A stretch of DNA of 64,000 bases, from contig JAVKJW010000003.1 of the NCBI GenBank assembly GCA_031458695.1, positions 32,001 to 96,000 of the forward strand. The letters run 5' to 3'. The DNA is from Candidatus Thermofontivivens primus. Lineage in GTDB: Bacteria; Sysuimicrobiota; Sysuimicrobiia; Sysuimicrobiales; Thermofontiviventaceae. The notes beneath the pieces are model-generated. The model searched no databases and was not told the DNA's origin. It saw nothing but the letters and a program-made list of their open reading frames with translations. A program made the position numbers and the translations under genes. Positions 58,625 through 64,000 of the stretch are shown here, piece by piece. How positions within the stretch are numbered: the first letter of the stretch is position 1; each line of letters starts with the position of its first letter.

Positions 58625-59371
58625 GTGGGAGTGAAAGGACGTGTGGCAGTAGTCACTGGAGCAGGTCAGGGAATTGGCGAGGGTATTGCCAGGCGATTGG
58701 CGGCTGAGGGCGCCAAGGTCGTGGTTAACGACATCGTTGCCGAGAAGGCGGAATCTGTGGCTGCAGGGATCCAAGCAGAGAACAGTGAGGCCATGGCTGT
58801 TGTGGCCGATGTGAGCTGGAAAGCAGGTGCCGAAGAGCTGATTCGGCGGACAATCGAGAGATTCGGCCGGGTGGACATCCTGGTGAACAACGTGGGGATC
58901 GCCCGGGATCGCTGGATGGTAAAAATGTCGGAGGAGGACTGGGATGATGTCCTGCGGGTGAATCTCAAGTCCCATTTCCTCTGCTGCCAAGCGGCCGTCC
59001 CCCACATGATGGAGCAGAAGTATGGGCGGATTGTGAACATCTCCTCAAGGGCGTGGCTGGGGAACCCTGGGCAGGTGAACTATGCTGCGAGCAAAGGCGG
59101 CGTGGTGAGCCTCACCCGAACCCTGGCCTTGGAGCTGGCCAAGTTTGGGATCACGGTGAACTGCATTGCACCGGCGCTCATCGACACGCCGCTCTTTCGG
59201 AGCCTAAAGGAAGAGATCCAGGAGAAGCTTTTGCAGACTGTGCCCGTGGGGCGGATCGGGACGCCAGCCGATGTTGCACATGCAGTGCTGTTCTTCGCCT
59301 CCGACGAGGCCAGCTACATCACGGGCCAGATCCTATACGTGTGCGGCGGCCGGAGCTTAGGTAGCTACTAA
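58625..59371 (+). CDS. Short-chain dehydrogenase/reductase (BbsD-like)
   Basis: TGAGQGIG, ISSRAWLG, YAASKGG, GQILYVCGGRSL; GGGAGG RBS before GTG. Confidence 0.88.
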   Translation: MGVKGRVAVVTGAGQGIGEGIARRLAAEGAKVVVNDIVAEKAESVAAGIQAENSEAMAVVADVSWKAGAEELIRRTIERFGRVDILVNNVGIARDRWMVKMSEEDWDDVLRVNLKSHFLCCQAAVPHMMEQKYGRIVNISSRAWLGNPGQVNYAASKGGVVSLTRTLALELAKFGITVNCIAPALIDTPLFRSLKEEIQEKLLQTVPVGRIGTPADVAHAVLFFASDEASYITGQILYVCGGRSLGSY

Positions 59372-59486
59372 AGTAAAGGAGCGAGGTGTCAGGAGTAAGC
59401 TCCTGCGGTGAATGTCAAGGAAAATTTTTGAAGCTGTAGCCTTAGAGCGAGTGAAATACTTTTCGCCTCGAAAGGAGGCTAGAAGT

Positions 59487-60509
59487 ATGAGGAGGACACG
59501 GGCAGTGCTGTTCGGGAGCATCCTCTTACTGGCGCTTCTCGCGGTCCCAGCAGGCATTGCCGCTCCAAAGAAGGAGGTGAAGATCGCCATCGGCCCGCCC
59601 GCTGTGGTGGGATACCTCCCCGTGTACGTCGCCCAGGGCTTGAGGTACTTCCAGGAGCTCGCAAGGAGAACAGGAATTCAAGTACGGTTCCTAGACTTCC
59701 GCGGGGGAACAGAAGCGGCTACGGCTCTGATTACTGGTGATGTGGACTTCGCCACCGTGACCTTAACACACGTGGTAAAGGCCCAGGAGAAAGGGAAGGA
59801 TCTTAAGTTCCTCCTCACTTTCTTCAACGCCCAGGCGATGGCGATGATCGTGCAGCCTGACGTGCGCGTCGAGACACCTACCCAGCTCCAGGGAATGCGC
59901 ATTGGAGTGACAAGCCTGGGTTCTGCCACTCATATGCAGGCGCGGCACATCCTGCGCTATTTCAAGGCGAATCCCGACGCGGCGCAGTACATCGCAGTAG
60001 GCGGGCCATCCACTGCCTTGGCTGCCTGGAAGCGGCGGGCAGTGGATGCCATGGTATACCTAGACCCTCTCGTTACGACCTTAGTTTCGGAAGGATCGGC
60101 GCGCCTCTTCTATGACGTGCGCACGGTGGAAGGAACCGTCCGCTTGTATGGGGCCCCCTACATTAGCAGCGGGCTCCTGACCAGGGCGGACGTGATCGTT
60201 CGTGAGCCGCGTCTGGTACAGGAAATCGTGAATGTTTTCGTCCGTACCCTCCGGTGGTTGCGGGCACAACGCCTGCGGCCGGAGGTCATCGCTGGCGTTC
60301 TTCCCAAGGAGCTTGGGTGGACGCCGGAGGTGATCCGGGCGAATTTGAGCGGGCTCTCCGCCGACGGCAGGGTGCTTCCGGAGGCTGTGGAAACGGTGGT
60401 CCGATCCCTGGTGGACGATGGACTTCTCAGCCGGGACTTCAAACCGAGCTTCGAGCGGCTTGTCGACCAGAGGTTCGTGCAACAGGCCATCCTCAGCGTT
60501 CAACAGTAA
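59487..60509 (+). CDS. NitT/TauT-family ABC substrate-binding protein
   Basis: Signal peptide, YLPVYVA, GGTEA, IGVTSLGSAT; AAAGGAGG RBS. Confidence 0.85.
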   Translation: MRRTRAVLFGSILLLALLAVPAGIAAPKKEVKIAIGPPAVVGYLPVYVAQGLRYFQELARRTGIQVRFLDFRGGTEAATALITGDVDFATVTLTHVVKAQEKGKDLKFLLTFFNAQAMAMIVQPDVRVETPTQLQGMRIGVTSLGSATHMQARHILRYFKANPDAAQYIAVGGPSTALAAWKRRAVDAMVYLDPLVTTLVSEGSARLFYDVRTVEGTVRLYGAPYISSGLLTRADVIVREPRLVQEIVNVFVRTLRWLRAQRLRPEVIAGVLPKELGWTPEVIRANLSGLSADGRVLPEAVETVVRSLVDDGLLSRDFKPSFERLVDQRFVQQAILSVQQ

Positions 60510-60527
60510 AGACAGGGGGAGAAAGAG

Positions 60528-60965
60528 ATGTCGGACGCAAACGTTGCCTCTCAGGCATATGTGCCTTTCCGCCAGGGGCTCTTCCGGTTTGAGGAGGGCG
60601 TGGGAGAGCTTCTTGGGGGTCGATGTCGTCATTGTGGGACCTGGTACTTCCCAAGCCGGCGAGTGTGCGCGAAATGCCTTTCCCAGAAGATCGAGGTCCT
60701 GCCTCTGAGCAAGCAAGGCACAGTGTATACCTACACCACTATCTATCAATCCACGCCGGAGTTCCAGGTTCCCTACATCCTGGTTTATGTGGACCTTCCA
60801 GAGGGAGTGCGGGTGCTGGCCCAGCTCACCCAGTGCTCCCCCGAAGCGGTACGCATTGGCATGCCCGTGGAGGTTGTGTTTGAAGAGGTAGGACGAGACC
60901 AGGAGGGCCGTGCGATCATCGGGTACCGGTTTCGTCCAGTGGGCCCATGGGTCCGTGAGTCGTGA
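60528..60965 (+). CDS. DUF35 zinc-ribbon/OB-fold thiolase partner (BbsA-like)
   Basis: CRHC...CAKC, GTVYTYT, PYILVYVDLPEG, IGMPVE. Confidence 0.9.
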   Translation: MSDANVASQAYVPFRQGLFRFEEGVGELLGGRCRHCGTWYFPSRRVCAKCLSQKIEVLPLSKQGTVYTYTTIYQSTPEFQVPYILVYVDLPEGVRVLAQLTQCSPEAVRIGMPVEVVFEEVGRDQEGRAIIGYRFRPVGPWVRES

Positions 60966-61060
60966 ATCGTGAGTCGTGGTTTCTATAATGAGCTAAAAAC
61001 CAAGATAAACGTGACAAACAAAAGGACAAGGCCGGGTAACGTAGATCGGGAGGCGATCCT

Positions 61061-62203
61061 ATGGAGGATGTGTATGTAATTGGAGTAGGGATGACCAAAT
61101 TCGGCAAGCATCCCGACCGCACTGCTGTGGACCTTGGCGCAGAGGCTGTCTTAGAGGCGATCAAAGATGCGGAGATCGACCCGCGGCGTATCGAGGCAGC
61201 CTACTGCGGCCACGTGTTCGGAGGCATGGTGACAGGGCAGAAGGTTCTTGCCCAGGTCGGTCTCGCCGGTATCCCCCTCACGAACGTGGAGAATGCCTGT
61301 TCAAGCGGAGCCACGGCAATCCGGGAGGGGTATCTCGCCATTCGCGCCAGGGAGCACGACGTTGTTCTGGCGTTTGGGCTGGAGCACCTGACCACACGGT
61401 TCCGGGGCGCGCTGACTCCTGGGGAGGACGATTTGGAGGCAGCGGTCGGCCTCACCATGCCAGGGATCTATGCCATGCGAGCCAGGCGCCATATGGAGGA
61501 ATTCGGTACGACGCGCGAGGAACTCGCGCTCATCGCAGTAAAGAACAAGCGCAACGCCAGCCTGAACCCCTACGCACAGTTCCAGAACCCCGTTACCTTG
61601 GAGGAAGTCCTGAACTCCCGTCTCATCGCTGACCCGCTGCGGCTATATGATTGCTCGCCGGTGAGCGACGGCGCTGCAGCGGTGATCCTTGCCAGCGGCT
61701 GGGCCGTCGCCAAGCTCTCCTCGCGTCGCGCCGTGAGGATCGCGGCGGCTGCGCTGCGCACAGGAACTGTGGAGGTGGGACTTCCATCCATGGCCTTCGA
61801 GGAACTGACTCATCGCACCGCCCAGGATGCCTATGAACGGGCAGGGATTGGCCCTGAAGATGTGGACTTCGCCGAGGTCCACGACTGCTTCTCCATCGCC
61901 GAGGTCTTACGGGTGGAGGGCCTGGGCCTCTATCCTGTGGGGGAGTACCCCAAGCGGGTGGCCCGCGGGGAGGCGGATATCAACGGGCGCCTGCCCATCA
62001 ATCCAAGTGGTGGCCTCTTGGGGAAAGGGCACCCGTTAGGCGCGACGGGTGTTGCGCAGGTGGTGGAGCTTGTGCGGCAGCTCCGGGGAGAGGCAGGGGA
62101 TCGCCAGATCGCAAGGGCGAAAGTGGGCTTGGCCCACTGCCGCGGAGGGAAGGCGGCCGGCATCGAAGGGGCAGCCTGCACGGTGATCATTGCCACGAGG
62201 TGA
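61061..62203 (+). CDS. SCP2-type thiolase (BbsB-like)
   Basis: ENACSSG, YAMRA, DGAAA, EVHDCF, GHPLGATG, HCRGG...EGAACT. Confidence 0.9.
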   Translation: MEDVYVIGVGMTKFGKHPDRTAVDLGAEAVLEAIKDAEIDPRRIEAAYCGHVFGGMVTGQKVLAQVGLAGIPLTNVENACSSGATAIREGYLAIRAREHDVVLAFGLEHLTTRFRGALTPGEDDLEAAVGLTMPGIYAMRARRHMEEFGTTREELALIAVKNKRNASLNPYAQFQNPVTLEEVLNSRLIADPLRLYDCSPVSDGAAAVILASGWAVAKLSSRRAVRIAAAALRTGTVEVGLPSMAFEELTHRTAQDAYERAGIGPEDVDFAEVHDCFSIAEVLRVEGLGLYPVGEYPKRVARGEADINGRLPINPSGGLLGKGHPLGATGVAQVVELVRQLRGEAGDRQIARAKVGLAHCRGGKAAGIEGAACTVIIATR

Positions 62204-62316
62204 GGGGTTTTTGGCCTCGGTAAAACCTTTTTAACTTCAGGCGAGAGCCCTTTTGCAATCGTGGGGTTATTTCCCTTGTCTCGAGAGGAACCACGGTACC
62301 CTGAAGGAGGGAGAAG

Positions 62317-63450
62317 ATGGGTCGTCAGATCCCTATCCGGTGTGTGATTATGCGGGGAGGGACGAGCAAAGGCCTCTTCCTGCGGGCCAACGATCTCCCC
62401 TCGGACCCGGTAAAGCGCGACCGGGTGATCCTGGCCCTGTTCGGGAGCCCAGATCCGCGTCAGATCGATGGCCTCGGGGGTGCAGACATCCTCACAAGCA
62501 AGGTGATCATTGTCGGTCCCCCCTCCCGTCCAGATGCGGACCTCGACTATACGTTTGGGCAAGTGAGCATCACAGAGCCCTTCATCGACTATGACATCAA
62601 TTGCGGGAACCTCTCCGCTGCCGTGGGTGTCTATGCCCTGGAGGAAGGGTGGGTCCGCGCCGTCGAGCCAGTCACCCGCGTGCGCATGCACAACACCAAC
62701 ACACGGAGTGTTCTCGTGGCTGAGGTGCCAGTGGCAGATGGTGTTCCTCAGGTGGAGGGGGAATTTGCCATTGATGGCGTTCCCGGAACGGGTGCGGAGA
62801 TCGTCCTAGACTATACCGGGAGTGTGGGTGCTTCCACCGGGAGGCTCCTTCCTATGGGCCGTCCCACGGAGAGGATCCATGTACCGATCCTCGATCGCAT
62901 GGTCCCGGTCAGCGTCGTGGATATCGCTAACCTCTGTGTCTTCTTCCCCGCAGAGGCCGTGGGGTTAAAAGGGACGGAAGGACCCCACGACCTCACCTCG
63001 GACCATGCGGCAGCGATCGTGGCCATCAAAACAGAGGTGGCACGCTTGCTGGACCTCCCCAGAGGTGGGTTGATCCCAATTCCCATCGCCGTCGCCCCTC
63101 CCCGTTCCTACCGGGCATTCACTGGAAAAGAGGTAGATGCAGGAGAGATCCACCTTCTTGCTCGTCTCATCGGGGGCAGGCCTCCCGTGATGCACAAAAC
63201 CTTTGCCGCTACAGCTGCTGTGTGCACCGCCGTCGCTGCCGCGATTCCTGGGTCTGTTCCCTTTGAGGTCTGCCGTTCACGTTCCGGTGAGGAGTTCGTC
63301 ATCGGCCATCCTAGCGGGACCTTCCCCCTTCGGGTCCGGGTTGTTGAGCGCGACGAAGAGTGGATGGTAGAGCGTGCGGCCTACTCTCGAACCGCCCGCA
63401 GGCTCATGGAGGGGTATGCCTTCATACGTCCGAGCGTCTTGGAGGAATAA
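62317..63450 (+). CDS. prpF: PrpF/Mii-family isomerase
   Basis: MRGGTSKG, QIDGLGG...TSKV, NCGN, GVPGTG, GHPSG, RTARRLMEG. Confidence 0.9.
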   Translation: MGRQIPIRCVIMRGGTSKGLFLRANDLPSDPVKRDRVILALFGSPDPRQIDGLGGADILTSKVIIVGPPSRPDADLDYTFGQVSITEPFIDYDINCGNLSAAVGVYALEEGWVRAVEPVTRVRMHNTNTRSVLVAEVPVADGVPQVEGEFAIDGVPGTGAEIVLDYTGSVGASTGRLLPMGRPTERIHVPILDRMVPVSVVDIANLCVFFPAEAVGLKGTEGPHDLTSDHAAAIVAIKTEVARLLDLPRGGLIPIPIAVAPPRSYRAFTGKEVDAGEIHLLARLIGGRPPVMHKTFAATAAVCTAVAAAIPGSVPFEVCRSRSGEEFVIGHPSGTFPLRVRVVERDEEWMVERAAYSRTARRLMEGYAFIRPSVLEE

Positions 63451-63459
63451 AATGCCGAG

Positions 63460-64000
63460 ATGATCGGTACGGGGGAGCGACTTACTTCGGATCGGCTCGC
63501 GATTGCGCTCCATCAAGTTTCCCACCGCTTCCAGGGTCTCGGAAGAACCGTGATCGCTCTGGAGGATGTAACCCTGGAGATCGCCCGGGAGAGATTTGTT
63601 TCCATTGTCGGCCCAAGCGGTTGCGGAAAGTCCACATTGCTGGCCATCATCGCCGGTCTCCTGCTTCCTACAAGTGGGCAGGTCTTCATCAACGGTTCTC
63701 CCGTTACGGACGTCTGCCAAGATCTTGGTTTCATCTTCCAGAAGGATGCCTTGATGCCATGGAAGACGGTGTATGAGAACATCGCCCTTCCGCTCCTGTT
63801 CCGTCGTTTCCCTCGTGAAGAGATCCATGACCGCGTGATGAGCTGGATCAAGCGCGTTGGCCTAACTGGCTTTGAGGACCACTATCCCTACCAGCTCTCG
63901 GGGGGGATGCGGAAGCGTGTGGCCCTGGCCCAGACCCTGGTCTACGAACCCTCCATTATCTTGATGGATGAGCCCTTCACGGCCCTGGATGTCCACACCA
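63460..64000 (+). CDS. NitT/TauT-family ABC ATPase; runs off the window
   Basis: Manual translation: MIGTGERL...GPSGCGKST...FQKDALMPWKTV...YPYQLSGGMRKR...LMDEPF. Confidence 0.9.
   Translation, partial: MIGTGERLTSDRLAIALHQVSHRFQGLGRTVIALEDVTLEIARERFVSIVGPSGCGKSTLLAIIAGLLLPTSGQVFINGSPVTDVCQDLGFIFQKDALMPWKTVYENIALPLLFRRFPREEIHDRVMSWIKRVGLTGFEDHYPYQLSGGMRKRVALAQTLVYEPSIILMDEPFTALDVHT

Noticed and set aside
56464..62203. Anaerobic toluene degradation
   Set aside because: No glycyl-radical benzylsuccinate synthase, activase or BbsG in the window; they cannot be excluded outside it.

Overview
GC-rich bacterial window; the taxon cannot be fixed from the sequence. 1-3.6 kb holds the 5' end of a Tat-exported DMSO-reductase-family molybdoenzyme, divergent from an AioX/ArxX-like oxyanion-binding lipoprotein, a HisKA_3 kinase and a NarL regulator. 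At 3.68 kb a promoter-bearing tRNA-Ala(CGC) stops exactly at the anticodon loop. It is followed by att-like repeats, an IS630 with a nonsense codon, an IS256 remnant, an orphan ORF and a Cas4/RecB-like nuclease, which together look like the edge of an integrated island. The remaining ~56 kb is an anaerobic aromatic-catabolism supercluster: gctAB-like CoA-transferase, paaX, iclR, hcrCAB, oah-dch-had, class I benzoyl-CoA reductase bcrCBAD flanked by two Cys-rich PAS regulators, benzoate-CoA ligase, three Liv-type and one NitT-type ABC transporters, and leuCD-paaK-leuA-like-iorAB-korABC-tetR. The window ends with a Bbs-like beta-oxidation block (CaiB, hydratase, SDR, DUF35 + SCP2 thiolase) and a PrpF/Mii isomerase. 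Main hypothesis (inference from families and gene context): an apparently undescribed route from phenylacetate or phenylpyruvate via 2-benzylmalate, benzylmaleate and phenylitaconate to benzoyl-CoA + succinyl-CoA. A 96-bp promoter cassette duplicated in front of bclA and leuC links it to benzoate catabolism. All family calls come from motif recognition, not database searches.
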